Below the pieces are notes generated by a model. That model saw nothing but the letters and a program-made list of their open reading frames with translations, ran no database searches and was not told the origin of the DNA. A stretch of DNA of 60,338 bases, the filler included, from an uncultured bacterium (GTDB taxonomy: Bacteria > Auribacterota > CAZIXI01): the NCBI GenBank assembly GCA_964543115.1. It is 3 parts of 3 records of this genome, joined end to end, with 100 filler letters (N's around TTAATTAATTAA, not from the genome) between each part and the next. Parts side by side here need not be neighbours in the genome. Positions count along the whole stretch, not along the records: positions 1 to 20,217 come from CAZIXI010000033.1; positions 20,318 to 40,375 come from CAZIXI010000034.1; 1 more part is not named here. The stretch is one strand, 5' to 3'. The translations under genes and the position numbers were made by a program. Position 1 is the first letter of the stretch, and each line of letters opens with the position of its first letter. This document shows, one piece after another, positions 9,601 to 20,319 of this stretch.

Positions 9601-12600
9601 GACTGGGGCTGGGGTGATATCCTCTTGGGGCATGGTAAAGAATATGATGCTGACCAGTGCCTGCCGCTGGTTGATGCCGCCGGCTACAGTGTGCGGGAGG
9701 CACAGTTTTTCTTTAATAAGATGGCCGAACTATATAAGGGAAGGGGCCTCAATTTTGGTTTTTTAACTCATCCGCCGAACAGGGAACGGGCGCTGCGCCT
9801 GGGGCGTGATATCCTGCGTTATTTCTGGCAGCGGTTTTTTCAACGTGCCCGGCCGCTTGTTGCCTCTACGGACAGGCAGACAAGGCATCGGGCATTTCAG
9901 GCGCGGGTACAGGCTTGTGATAACTTGAGTGATCTGCGAGTTTTGTTTGCTGAGGCCTCTACTCCGGAAGAATTAATTTACGCGATTAACGGGGCGTATT
10001 TGAAATTGCCGGCGGGAGAGAGAAACGCGGCCCTGACCCAGTTTCGGGTAAATTTATTTACCAGGTTCACGGCCGGAGATCCCGCTAAAGAAAGGGTTTA
10101 TTTACTCTGGGCGCAGGTTGTTACTCTGAACCTGCAATATGATGAAGAACACCAGCGGCGGGGAGGATTCAAGGTTGCGCTTAGTACTACTTTTCCGCCA
10201 CAATTAAGCAGTTTTTATGACAGGGTAAAAGGGGATTTTCGTCTGCTGAGCCTGGAGGAAATTGCCGCTATTTATAGTGTCGAATTGCCCAGGCAATTAA
10301 TGTCTCAAGGAGTAAAAAGATTTGACTATGATATTTATCTGATAGCGATCGCCAGCAGTTTGCGTGAAAAACTGCTGTCACTACCGGCAACCGCTGAAAA
10401 TTTAGCGGGGGTAGTGAAACTATTGGACTTATTGCGCCTGCGAGTTGCTGATGTACGGAAATATGCCGGTGGTGTGCCGCGCGATATAGAAGGAGTAATC
10501 GAAGATTGCGCGGTAACCGCGTTTAAGATGATGCGGGAGCTGGCGCCCACAACTGACGTGTCGCCTTACCTTCCACTGGGCTTAAAATTCCTTGATTTAG
10601 TTGGGTCGGTGGCCCGGTATCATACAGGGGAACAGACGGCCTCGGTTGTATGTGCCTTTTTCAAGGAAGCCAGCGCCGATGATCAGGCATTGGTTATGAA
10701 CTGGCTGCTTAGGGATAACGCGGAAAAATCAACTCCTTTAAGAAATTATTTCTTTGCCAAGATGGTGCTTAGTCCCGCGCTTCAGGACAGCCTGCCCGGC
10801 ATGGGCCAGGGAGCGCGGGAGGATTTGAGGATACTCTTTGCCAATCCTTATTTTACCCGGCAGATGGTGCCGCAAACAGTGAGGGTGGAGTATGGAGGCG
10901 CTTTTGGCCATGAGAATGTGAATATTGTTATTAGGTGGCTAGCTGTGTTAACAGAAAAATATAACCTGGATCCGGAACAGCAGTTAGATCTTTACCTGCA
11001 AGCCTTGGAACATTTACAGGCCCAGCCGTTAAGTAGTGAAACAGAAGAGATCTATGAAAAGATCCGGGACAAATTATGGTTTGGCAGCCTGCGGGAAGTT
11101 TTTCTTGTCCGGGTTGACGGTGATCAGACCATCCCCCAGGATCTGCATCTGAGTATCAAGGCACTTATGTATTTTTACCGCCAGGGTCTGGTTTTGGAAT
11201 TTAGAACTTTAAGGAAATTTTTCTTTAGTGTCCCACATTATGCTAATCGGTTTGGGATGCCGCGGGATATTCCGCAAACAGATGTGGCGGCGTTTATGGA
11301 ATTTTTATCAGGGTTGAAGGAGTCAATCCAGGCGCGTTATCCGGAAGAGAAAGAAGATGAAAAAGAGAGAAGATGGAACAGTTATCTGTTACCGTTGGCT
11401 GTTTATGCTGGTGTTGATAACGCCGCTTTAACCGAAGCAGAGTATGATAGTAGCCGAAGTCATCCTGATCCGCGTTTTGGGCAGTTTTTTGGCGAATTCA
11501 AGTTTTTTTATGGGATGGGTATTGAAAGTTTGGAAAGCTACCAACGCACCAGCACGGCGCGTGGCCGGGGGATTAACCGGGTGCAGGGAACTGGTCAGGG
11601 AGCGGCAAAATTGCGGGAGGTGTTCGCGTTTATTGAACAATCAACAGCTGACTTTGAGGGAGTCGTAGCAGAATTAAGCCGGTTGCCAGCCACAGTTTAC
11701 CGGAATTTCGCTCTGTTCGGTGTTTTTGTGGATAAAATATTAATTGCGGAATGCGGGTTGACTCTGGACAGGGAACGGATCTTTGATCTGGAGTATTTGC
11801 AGGATGAGATTAATCAATTACCGGAGGCCCTACGCTCCCGGGCGCTAGCCGCCCTGCGGCAGATTACCCCTTTATTGGTCTGGGATAAGAATATTGAGGA
11901 TTTAAACAGAAAGATAGCCGGAGGTTTTATGCGCAGCTTAGATGAGCAGCAGGCCAGAGAGCTGCGCCGGGAGCATGCCGCGGAAGCGGCTGGGTATTAT
12001 CCGGCGGAATTTACCGAGCTGGGTGGCGCGCTGGCCCAGCTGGATGTTTTTGCGGGTTTGCTGGCAGAAGAACATATTCTTAGTGTACTGAACAGTGAAA
12101 CAACTCGTTTTGAGGAAAAATTGGAAATTATTCTTACTTGTTTTCCCCGGTCTTGTCAAACCCGTGACCGTTTTCTCGTCTATTTAGTGGATCAAAACCG
12201 GGAGGATTTATCCGCGGCTGAAATTGAACAGATTCTGCCGCATATTTATAATGAGGGCTTCCGGGAAGAATTTGCCGTATTGGCGCTGGAGAAAAAACGG
12301 GAAGAAGAGCCACAGGATTTTGCCACCTTACAAGGAGAGCTGGCCTGGGTACTGCATTTCTTTCCAAAGCTCTCGCCTACCAGAGACGATATCCTGCTGC
12401 AGGTAATTGATGAACGGGCGTTGACACCGGAGGATCTTCAGCAGGTAATCCCCCATCTTTTGCGGGCGCCGGAAAATGTGGCTAAGAAAACTCAGGCCCA
12501 ATACACATTCGGCATGGATATGTTTATTGCCTACCTGGCCCGGAAGCCGGCGGCTGAGAAAAGCGAGTTTTTGTTGTGGTTTCTCGGGATTACTGAAGAG

Positions 12601-15360
12601 AAACCTTTGTTTATTATGCGGTATGAACGCGAATACAATATTAATTTTAATCAACTGCGTGAGCGGTTATTGGCCCGTCAACGCGGCCATTATAGCAATG
12701 TCGGCGACAGCGCGCTGGAAGATTTGCTGGAAAGATTATTGCTCGGGGAAAAGGGTATCTTTACTGATACTGACGCCAAAAATGATTTTCTGCGGCAGAT
12801 GTTTACCGCGTTGCTGCCCGGTCAACAAGGCGGGATCCTGGACGCGATTTTTACCACCTTCTTTTCCCAGGCGGATGAAGAGCGGAGCTATGAAATAGTT
12901 ACCGCCCTTTTAATTAATTATTCTAAGCTGCGGCAGGAAACAGCGGCGGTCAGCGAGGCCAGGACGATCCGGGTGTTTATGGAGGCGCTGGGACTGGTGG
13001 GGGTGAAGCTGGGGCAGATCCTGGCGGAGATGGATTTTATTTCAGAAGAGATAAGGGTGGAATTGCGCAATCTTAAGGATCAAGCGCAGCCACTGGCCAA
13101 ACAGGTGGCCTTTGATCTGATCAGTAAGGTATTCGGTAATTTTCATGATCATTTTGTGGAATTAAGGGCGGCCCTGAGAAGTGCCTCGATCAAGGTTGTT
13201 TACCGGGCGAAGATGAAAGACGGGCGGGAGGTGGTGGTAAAGGTTAAACGGCCGGAGGTGGAGAAGAAACTGCAGGCGGACCTGGATTTTCTTGGCAGTG
13301 TGCTTGCCGATCAGCAGGTTGTGCAGGCACTGCAGTCCGAAGGTGTGGTGTTACCGGCAGAATTAGTTGAGCGCCTGCGGGCGATTATTACGGAAGAACT
13401 GGACTTTGAACTGGAGGCGGATAATCAGCGGCGGCTGGCCGCCGGATTGCAGAGAAGGCAGCCGGGCCGGCAACGGGCCGGTCATAAATTGCATGTACCC
13501 AATGCCGCCCAGGTGCGGGAGAACAGTGTGATGATTGAGGAATTTGCCCCGGGCAGCGGATTAACCGCGGAAGAGAAGTTACGGGAGCAGGGAATGGATC
13601 CGAAAAAAATAAAAGAACTGCTGGCCGAAGAATTTCTTAATCAGATTTTTGTGGACGGCTTTTTTCACGCCGACCCACACAGCGGGAATATTATTATCGG
13701 GCCGGACGGGAAAATAAATATTATCGATCTGGGCGCGGCCAGTGAGATCAGCCGTTATAACCAGGGCACGCTATTAAGGTTGTTGTTGGGGCTGAAACTA
13801 GGCAGTACACGCCTCTTGGCCCGGGCGGTTAAACGAATGACCGGTAAGGCACTGCCGCCGGGTTTAAGCGGAGAAATCAAACAAGAGGTTGTTAAGGCTA
13901 AGGGAAATGTTATCAGCAAATTCCTCCGGCTGTTTCAGGTATTGGAACAGCGGGGGATTGAGATTAATCCGCAGTTGGCGGCAGTAGTGAAGTTTTTTAC
14001 TGCCGGTTATTACCTTTATGAGAATCTTTCCGTTAAATTTATACTCAAGGCGGTGGTGGCCATTCTCTGGCAGAGGAGGCTGGCGCCTTCACTGGTGGAG
14101 GCAGAAGAAGCTGTTGCGGAAGAAACCGAAGACGATAGTCAGAAAATGTCGGCGTTATTGACGCTGGTGCAGGAGAGATTACCGGCAGAGGAAAGAGAAT
14201 GGCTGCGGACGGAGCAACGGTTAACAATAGAGGAAAAACTGTTGCTGGTCTTACAGAAACTTGCTGCCCGCCGGGGGGTGGATGCCAATGCCCTGGCCGC
14301 TGTTTTTCCTTTATTCCGCGCGGGTTTCCTAACTGAACAGCTGGCTGTGTTAACCGGCATTGATCAGGCAAGGTTGGAGGAGGTGTTCCCGGCCCGGCAG
14401 GGTACGGTGCCGGCACAGGTGGCTGAACGGCTACAATTTTACCGGCAGTTGTTTGCCGATCAGGCAAGAGCCGATACCGCGCTGGACCTGGATGTGCCGG
14501 CAGGATTGTTTCCGCTGGATTTTCAACAGGGAGAAATAGTAAGCGCAGGCCGGAATGAAGAGGGTGAAAAAATAGAGGATATTCAGTACCTTTCCGCCCT
14601 GGAGGCGGTGCGGGCTGATCTGGAAGAATTGCAGGCGCCGGTGCAGGAGGCGGCCAGACAGGGCCAGCCGGCGTTTCTTAGTTTGCCGGTGGAGATGTTT
14701 TTGCAGTTAGATAGAATACTGGAGGATGTGGACGAAAATATTGATATTTTGGCTGAAGATACTTGGCGCGTGCGGTTGGGCCATCATCCCGGCCTGCGGG
14801 CGTTTCTGGATTTTATGCGCAGGACCGGCCTGGCCCAGGTGCAGGTGGGCCTGCGGGTGAGTGACCAAAAGTTTATTTTTCGGGGAAAGACATATTCACA
14901 AAGGGATTTAGTGGGAATGATTATCCGCGCCTCCGGTCTGCCTAATGTGGTTATTCAGGATGAAATAAGTGATACTGCTGATGCCGTTAGTCTGCGTGAC
15001 GATATTTCTACTCAGCAGGAGGTGCCGGCGGAGAATGTGGTGATTGTTACCGGTAAGGGATTCCGGCCGGATAATCAGGCAATTGAGGATAATAATCTAA
15101 AGATATTTGGCGCGGCCCGGACGAGCGCCTTGCACGCGGTATTGATGTTCGGGGTATATTATGCCCTGGCCGATAATGTGTTTAGTGAGGGTAAGGTCGC
15201 GGATGAAGTTATTGACACACTGCGCTCACTGGGTTTAAGTGACGCGCAGTTAAGGAAGATCAGGTCAGGAAAATTATTCTTCACGATCCGGTTGATTCGA
15301 ATAAGCGATACCTTGCGGGAATTCCAGAACCGGCGGCTGACAATCGACATTGCCGCGTAA
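6643..15360 (+). CDS. Giant (2905 aa) signal-peptide protein: shared N-terminal module, HExxH zincin motif, M48 peptidase, long helical region, ABC1/AarF/UbiB atypical kinase, C-terminal domain
   Basis: Signal peptide ending ..ALA-VP; HELIHE (~8914); FCLAHEVRH + EYDAD + LTHPPNRER (9544-9790); GVKLGQ, SASIKVVYRA, VVVKVKRP, EELDFELEA, FFHADPHSGN, IDLG (13000-13740). RBS GGAGAGGGAAGAG. Confidence 0.88.
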   Translation: MFWRLLTILIIVSLLCPPALAVPAPTKYYFPNYHPVRQPAEEIYIDQQFGAILERKISPEREQLIVLVQDAHCNYQAQTNIAKILEVLIGDYGIDLVGMEGAVGKHDLSWYENLGTSRAREKVSDIFVRKGLVTGAEYLRITASEQLPFTIYGIEDGHLYVNNFISFRRAWAHSREAGIFIEEMRQAIEKLKEKIYSPELLEFDRQQAAYDQGELDLAEWIKYLSSRVKEDSPYLQSTMLALTMEAIALEEEIDLKRVEQQRAAVVRQLQRELAEDDMEMLVEKSFLFKLGKISAMEFYGYLPITDEDAYPELTEYIKLLKLQAELDSNQLFQELAGLAVVVREGLIRNEDQRQLAELTGKVNILAKLLTLKLTREELAYYKDNQAGFRTEKLIQLVKKELPQKVLSLLPEVDKWLMPAANFYRLALERDQVLLDNLLARMDEGRRQTAVMVTGGFHVSGITKMLKEKGINYLVVAPIISEKEKDNPYHLLMLTDRVQALALPGFLVSDEITELLAMTSWQEEVRADFLRLLTGEMSKRAFKRKWSAKVSVTEEDIEVLERLKGLLRELPQGRLRVEDVDELFFIQRQRPGPAGEAPGAAVPAHWEAMEIEPDSDYYLDGLERDGQRTVRGIKAALSSEGTEPLLPVAGLGAKVDSRLQQGLEKSPTDFREVLERALREAKSYALSLGYTDGQINRQLAAKGNLLTVALLDRSTHLAENHLADGFIGINRLAVKIYQDLIVRYGQAMADGFLQLLLEHELIHELTGEDEAIEPRLAARDAARLVVLAGQNRVIPFQLLHFLQQRGVRVAEEFSYSLQRGVGEAPVTSTEHRWRLIADYLGIAYEELPAWQAANPEQARAIAAKLREVSEKKDEGLALTLKANQAKERFIDEETAGFVEMYHEVNDILRDILEAAGLDPDNFKLYLLDSDEPNAHVLQYGHYIFVNIGLIKFIKENGGSRDALAFCLAHEVRHIPQWLELIVNNETIDWGWGDILLGHGKEYDADQCLPLVDAAGYSVREAQFFFNKMAELYKGRGLNFGFLTHPPNRERALRLGRDILRYFWQRFFQRARPLVASTDRQTRHRAFQARVQACDNLSDLRVLFAEASTPEELIYAINGAYLKLPAGERNAALTQFRVNLFTRFTAGDPAKERVYLLWAQVVTLNLQYDEEHQRRGGFKVALSTTFPPQLSSFYDRVKGDFRLLSLEEIAAIYSVELPRQLMSQGVKRFDYDIYLIAIASSLREKLLSLPATAENLAGVVKLLDLLRLRVADVRKYAGGVPRDIEGVIEDCAVTAFKMMRELAPTTDVSPYLPLGLKFLDLVGSVARYHTGEQTASVVCAFFKEASADDQALVMNWLLRDNAEKSTPLRNYFFAKMVLSPALQDSLPGMGQGAREDLRILFANPYFTRQMVPQTVRVEYGGAFGHENVNIVIRWLAVLTEKYNLDPEQQLDLYLQALEHLQAQPLSSETEEIYEKIRDKLWFGSLREVFLVRVDGDQTIPQDLHLSIKALMYFYRQGLVLEFRTLRKFFFSVPHYANRFGMPRDIPQTDVAAFMEFLSGLKESIQARYPEEKEDEKERRWNSYLLPLAVYAGVDNAALTEAEYDSSRSHPDPRFGQFFGEFKFFYGMGIESLESYQRTSTARGRGINRVQGTGQGAAKLREVFAFIEQSTADFEGVVAELSRLPATVYRNFALFGVFVDKILIAECGLTLDRERIFDLEYLQDEINQLPEALRSRALAALRQITPLLVWDKNIEDLNRKIAGGFMRSLDEQQARELRREHAAEAAGYYPAEFTELGGALAQLDVFAGLLAEEHILSVLNSETTRFEEKLEIILTCFPRSCQTRDRFLVYLVDQNREDLSAAEIEQILPHIYNEGFREEFAVLALEKKREEEPQDFATLQGELAWVLHFFPKLSPTRDDILLQVIDERALTPEDLQQVIPHLLRAPENVAKKTQAQYTFGMDMFIAYLARKPAAEKSEFLLWFLGITEEKPLFIMRYEREYNINFNQLRERLLARQRGHYSNVGDSALEDLLERLLLGEKGIFTDTDAKNDFLRQMFTALLPGQQGGILDAIFTTFFSQADEERSYEIVTALLINYSKLRQETAAVSEARTIRVFMEALGLVGVKLGQILAEMDFISEEIRVELRNLKDQAQPLAKQVAFDLISKVFGNFHDHFVELRAALRSASIKVVYRAKMKDGREVVVKVKRPEVEKKLQADLDFLGSVLADQQVVQALQSEGVVLPAELVERLRAIITEELDFELEADNQRRLAAGLQRRQPGRQRAGHKLHVPNAAQVRENSVMIEEFAPGSGLTAEEKLREQGMDPKKIKELLAEEFLNQIFVDGFFHADPHSGNIIIGPDGKINIIDLGAASEISRYNQGTLLRLLLGLKLGSTRLLARAVKRMTGKALPPGLSGEIKQEVVKAKGNVISKFLRLFQVLEQRGIEINPQLAAVVKFFTAGYYLYENLSVKFILKAVVAILWQRRLAPSLVEAEEAVAEETEDDSQKMSALLTLVQERLPAEEREWLRTEQRLTIEEKLLLVLQKLAARRGVDANALAAVFPLFRAGFLTEQLAVLTGIDQARLEEVFPARQGTVPAQVAERLQFYRQLFADQARADTALDLDVPAGLFPLDFQQGEIVSAGRNEEGEKIEDIQYLSALEAVRADLEELQAPVQEAARQGQPAFLSLPVEMFLQLDRILEDVDENIDILAEDTWRVRLGHHPGLRAFLDFMRRTGLAQVQVGLRVSDQKFIFRGKTYSQRDLVGMIIRASGLPNVVIQDEISDTADAVSLRDDISTQQEVPAENVVIVTGKGFRPDNQAIEDNNLKIFGAARTSALHAVLMFGVYYALADNVFSEGKVADEVIDTLRSLGLSDAQLRKIRSGKLFFTIRLIRISDTLREFQNRRLTIDIAA

Positions 15361-15382
15361 AATAGATAGAGAGAGGGGGAAT

Positions 15383-18300
15383 ATGTTCTGGCGGTTGCTG
15401 ACGATATTGATTATTGCTGCTTTAGTCTGTCCGTCTGTGCTGGCAGTGCCGGCGCCGACGAAGTATTATTTTCCTAACTATCATCCGGTGCGCCAGCCGG
15501 CGGAAGAGATCTATATCAATGAACAATATGGGGCGGTGGTGGAGCGGGAGATCTCTCCGGAGCGGGAACGGTTGATCGTGCTGGTAGAGGATGCCCATTG
15601 TAATTACCAGGTCCAAACCAATATCGCCAAGATTCTGGAGGTGTTGATCGGCGACTATGGAATCGATTTAGTGGGTATGGAAGGGGCGGTGGGTAAGCAT
15701 GAGCTGGGCTGGTACGAGAGTTTGGGCACAGCCAGGGCCAGAAGAGAGGTCAGTGATATTTTTGTGCGTAAGGGACTGGTTACCGGACCGGAGTATCTGC
15801 GAATAAATTCTGCCGAGCAATTGCCCTTTACGATCTATGGGGTAGAGGACGGGCATCTCTATGTGGATAATTTTATTTCTTTCCGCCGCAGCTGGGTTCA
15901 TAACCGGGAGGCGGAGTTATTTATTACGGAGATGAAGAGCGCGGTTAGTAAAATGAAAGAAAAAATATATTCACCGCGGCTGTTGGAGTTTGACGAGAAA
16001 CAGGCGGCTTATGATAAAGGAAGCCTGAGTTTAATGGAGTGGATAAGGTATATTTCACAATTCAACGGCGGCAAGAATGTTAATTTAACCGTTAAAGCAA
16101 TCCGGCTGGAAGATGAGTTGGATCTAAAAAGAGTAGCCCAGGAACGGGCGGCGTTGGTGCGGCAGCTGCAGCGGGATCTGCCGGAAGAGGATGTTGAAGG
16201 ATTGCTGGAGAAGAGTTTTCTTTTTAAGCTGGGGAAGATTTCGGCGTTGGAGTTTTACGGGTACCTGCCGATTGCCGAAGAAAATGATTATCCGGAACTG
16301 GTTAAGTATATAGAACTACTCAAACTGCAGGCGGAGGTGGATACTAATGAATTATTTCGGGAGCTTGCCGCCCTGGCTGGAGCGGTTGAAGATAAATTAA
16401 TCCAGAATGAAGACCAGCGGCGGTTAGCGGAGTTGAATTACAAACTGAATATTATGGCCAAGCTCTTCAACTTAAAATTAACGCGAGAGGAACTGGCCTA
16501 TTATCAGTCCCGGCAGGCAGAATTCCGGGCAGAGAAACTTGTTTCTCCGGTAAAAAATGAATTACCGCGGGATATTCTTATTTTACTTCCCCAAGTAGAT
16601 AAATGGCTGCTGCCGGCGGCGGAGTTTTACCGGTTGGCGCTGGAACGGGACCGGGTGCTGTTGGAAAATCTGCTGGCGCGGATGGACGAGGATAAACGGC
16701 AGATGGCGATAATGGTTACCGGCGGGTTTCATGTGGAGGGGATGACGAAACTGATTAGGGAAAAGGGGATAAATTACCTGGTGGTGGCGCCGGTAATTAC
16801 TGAACAGGAGAAAGATAATCCTTATCACAAGTTGATGCTGGACGGGCGGGTGCAGGCCCTGGCCCTGCCGGGGTTTCTGGTGCCCGATGAGATAACGGAA
16901 CTTTTGCGGATGACCAGCTGGCAGGAGGAGGTGCGGGCGGATTTTATCCGCTTGCTGCGGGGTGATCTGCGGAGAGAGGAGTTTGAAGATAAATGGCCGG
17001 CGGTAACTGCCGCGCCGGGTGTGGAGCGAGCAGCCATCGACCGGATAAAAGAGCTTATCGGCAGATTACCGCAGAGCCGGTTGAAGGCGGAAGAGATTGA
17101 TGAATTATTTTACGTGCAGCGGCGGCGGCCGCAGGCGCGGGTGGCGCCGGCGGTGGTACGGGACGGCTGGCGGCCGCTGGCGACTACGGTGGCTCTGGTG
17201 GGTGAAATGATTGATTCCGGCCAAGAGTATACGGAAGAACAATACCGGGAGCTGGTTAGTGACGATAAGTTTAGGACTATGGCAGAACGGATTTATGAAG
17301 GGCGGCCGTTAACGCCGGAGCGGATTGAGACCTATGTGCATAACCAGGCGGATCCGGAGCAGGCATTGATTGAACTGATCGCCAATGCCCAGGATGCCAG
17401 CAGTGAGGAAAAGGCGATCGGCCGTTTCGGGGTGGGGGCCTACCAGATGTTTCAGGAACTGAGGGGGCCGGAAGACAGGATCATTATTACTACTTCCACT
17501 GACGGGATTACTGCCCTGCAGATAGAGTACCGGTTGGTTAACGGCCAGATCTGTTATCAGACGCGAACCATTGACCGGGACGTCAGTCAGGGTACCAGGG
17601 TGGAAATAAAAGCTAAACTGAGTCCGGAGGCCGTGGCCGCCAATTTGGAGTATGCCCAACGGAAGTTGCGCGCCAATGCCCGGGGCCGGGTTATGGTTAA
17701 CGGCCGGCAGGTGAATGAAGCAACTAACTACCATTATATAAACGGAGACAGGTTAGAGCTGCCGGAAGTGGCGGATGTAGAGGTTATGGTTACGGAGGAT
17801 GGCTATAGGGTGGTTGATCGGGGCGCGGGGATGAGTGCCAAGACATTTTTTGAAAAATTCACCGTACCCAAGGAAGGGGCCAAGCGGATTGAAGGGCAAC
17901 CGGTGGAGACGGAAAGGGAGGTAATGGAGGAAAAGAGGATATTTTATTTGGAACCGGCAGAAGCTTCAGACGTTTGTCATATTGCCCTGCAGGTGAGCGG
18001 GGTGATTATTGAAGAGATAACAGTAAGCGGGGTAAATTTGCCGGCAGAAATGATTATCGAATTACCGCACAGCGCCTGGCTGCCGGAGAGCCGGGATAAA
18101 ATTGCCCTGGATGAGATGACGGAGAGGGGGCTGCAGGCGATTATTGATACCTTAATTGATCTTTCCCGGACAGATATTACAGAGCGTTATGCCCTGCTCA
18201 ATGCCCTGGGTATATTGGTAGAGCGCTTAACCAGGGACAGTGAAGATAAGGATTTGCTCTATAGCTTCTGGCGGAAGTGCCAAGGATTAATCGGCCAGGA

Positions 18301-20217
18301 AGAGGAGGAAGGAAAGATGTTTTTACCGAATCGGCAGGCTTTTGCGGCCCTGGCGGTGCCGGCGGATAAAGAGGTTATTTACCTGGAAGAGGTATTGTTT
18401 GATTTTCAGCCGGGCAAATTATCCGGTATTAGTCAGGTAAGGGATTTTTCTTCGCCGACGCACGGATTATATGTTGCTGATTTGGATACGGAAGGGGATA
18501 ACACGGTGTATTTGAGCGGGACCTATACTAACGGTAAGGGCTGGATCATTCTGGACAGGCGGACCTGGGAGGCGCACAAGGATGAGCCGTGGCTGCTGAA
18601 TGTGCTTTATAATTTTGAGGAACGGGCCGAAACGCTGGGGCGGCTGCTTAAACCCCGGCCGAAAAAGCGGGAGCGGCCGGCGGAAGAAACTGAGCGCCCC
18701 TCAGTTGATGAGGAAACGGGATTGGCTGAAGATATACTTACAGACGAAGAGATTGAAGCTATTACACAAGAGATCGTTGCGGATGAAGATATTGCCGCCC
18801 AGTTATTGGAACTGGATGAAGATGACGCGGAATTCATTCAGCGGAAGATTCGGGAAGCAGTGATGGCCCGGCAGATTACCGCAGAGAATGCCGCTGAAAT
18901 GAAAGAGAGGATTGCCGACTGGTTGGCAGCGATTTTACGTTTACAGGGGTTACTGCCGGCAAGCGCCACCAGCGGCGCCTGGCTAAGGCAGGAACTGTTC
19001 CAGCATTTTATTATTATTTTTCAGCGGCCGGCGGGTGCTCGGGGGAAGTTGCGGACAGTAAAGAAAGGCGGCCGGCTATATATTGGTTACCAGCGGCAGG
19101 AGGATGTGTTTGAGTGGATTACTTTTTCTGATGCGGGACAGGTAGTGCGGATTTCCAGTAATGTTCAGCAGGTTTTGACTGTGGGAAAAAGAATGGTTTT
19201 TATTGAGGAAGATCCGGAAAAACCGGATAGAGAACGCCTGTTTGTCTGGCAGGACGGACAAAGAAAATATATTGCTGATAATTGCCTACAGGTAGTGGGT
19301 GATCCTATCCGGCATTACGGCTATTTCTATTTTACCGAAGTTGACGGCAAAGTGGAAATATATGAAATAACGGCGACCGGAGAAGAAAAGCGCGCGGAAT
19401 TAACCAGGGATGATTATCTAACCATTGCCCCTTCGTTAAATGATGATTACAGTATGGTTAAAAGAGGCGGTGCTCTTTTTCTCTTGCAGAAGGAAAAGGC
19501 GAAGTCTTTTTACCGGATTTCAGCGGCAGGAGAGGTGACTGTAATTGATATTGCTGCCCAGTTGGAAGAAGTCAGCGTCTTTTACGGGTTTTTTACCAGA
19601 GAAATTTTTGTTGATGAAGACAATAATATTGTTTTGTCAGGCATTCTGGCAAACCGGTTTGAAATTCCTTCGTCCAGCGGGGAGACACAAGTTCGAATGC
19701 AGAGTACGCCCGGGATCATTTGTTTTTCCGCGGAGGGTAGATTGATTTACCGTCATCCTACGGGTTTTATGTCTGTGAGATCCACAATAGACAAGGAAAA
19801 CGCGCCCCGGATTTGGGCGCATAAGGGGTATGTCTACTATGAGCAGGGCGAGAATCTATACCGGATTGACCAAGAGGGAAAGACAGAACTGGTTTATGAC
19901 GCAGTTGATAGAATTTCGGATATGAGTTTTCAGGGAGAGAAGTTTTTCTTTAAGGCCAGGGATCTAATGGTTGATGATGCCGCCGCTACCCTTTTTATTC
20001 ATTCCGGTGAAGGAATCGACAAGCTGGGCAAAATACACGGACAGCCGCGGCAGCTGGGTGATAAACTGTTTTTTATCCGGGTGCGGCCTGACATGACGAG
20101 GGAATTAGTTATGGTTGATGCCGCCGGTAATAAGCGGACTGTTACCACGGGCGGGCAAATGGAACTTTATAGTTATAATGATCGTCTTTATTATACCAGC
20201 ACGGTTCCGGTAAGTGA
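15383..20217 (+). CDS. Giant signal-peptide protein 2 (3'-truncated by gap): same N-terminal module, GHKL/HATPase_c-like region, beta-propeller-like repeats
   Basis: ATG at 15383 after RBS GAGAGGGGG. 49 of the first 60 aa are identical to the 6643 protein. Motifs LIELIANAQDA, GRFGVG, QGTRVEI, VVDRGAGMS. Frame runs open into the Ns. Confidence 0.85.
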
Positions 20218-20317
20218 NNNNNNNNNNNNNNNNNNNNNNNNNNNNNNNNNNNNNNNNNNNNTTAATTAATTAANNNNNNNNNNNNNNNNNNNNNNNNNNN
20301 NNNNNNNNNNNNNNNNN
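20218..20317. other. Artificial contig-join linker (44 N + TTAATTAATTAA + 44 N)
   Basis: The 12-mer places stop codons in all six frames; an identical construct occurs at 40376-40475. Confidence 0.97.
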
Positions 20318-20319
20318 AG

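Noticed and set aside
20262..20273. TTAATTAATTAA palindromic 12-mer, also at 40420-40431
   Set aside because: Flanked by exactly 44 Ns on each side both times and places stops in all six frames: an artificial contig linker, not biology.
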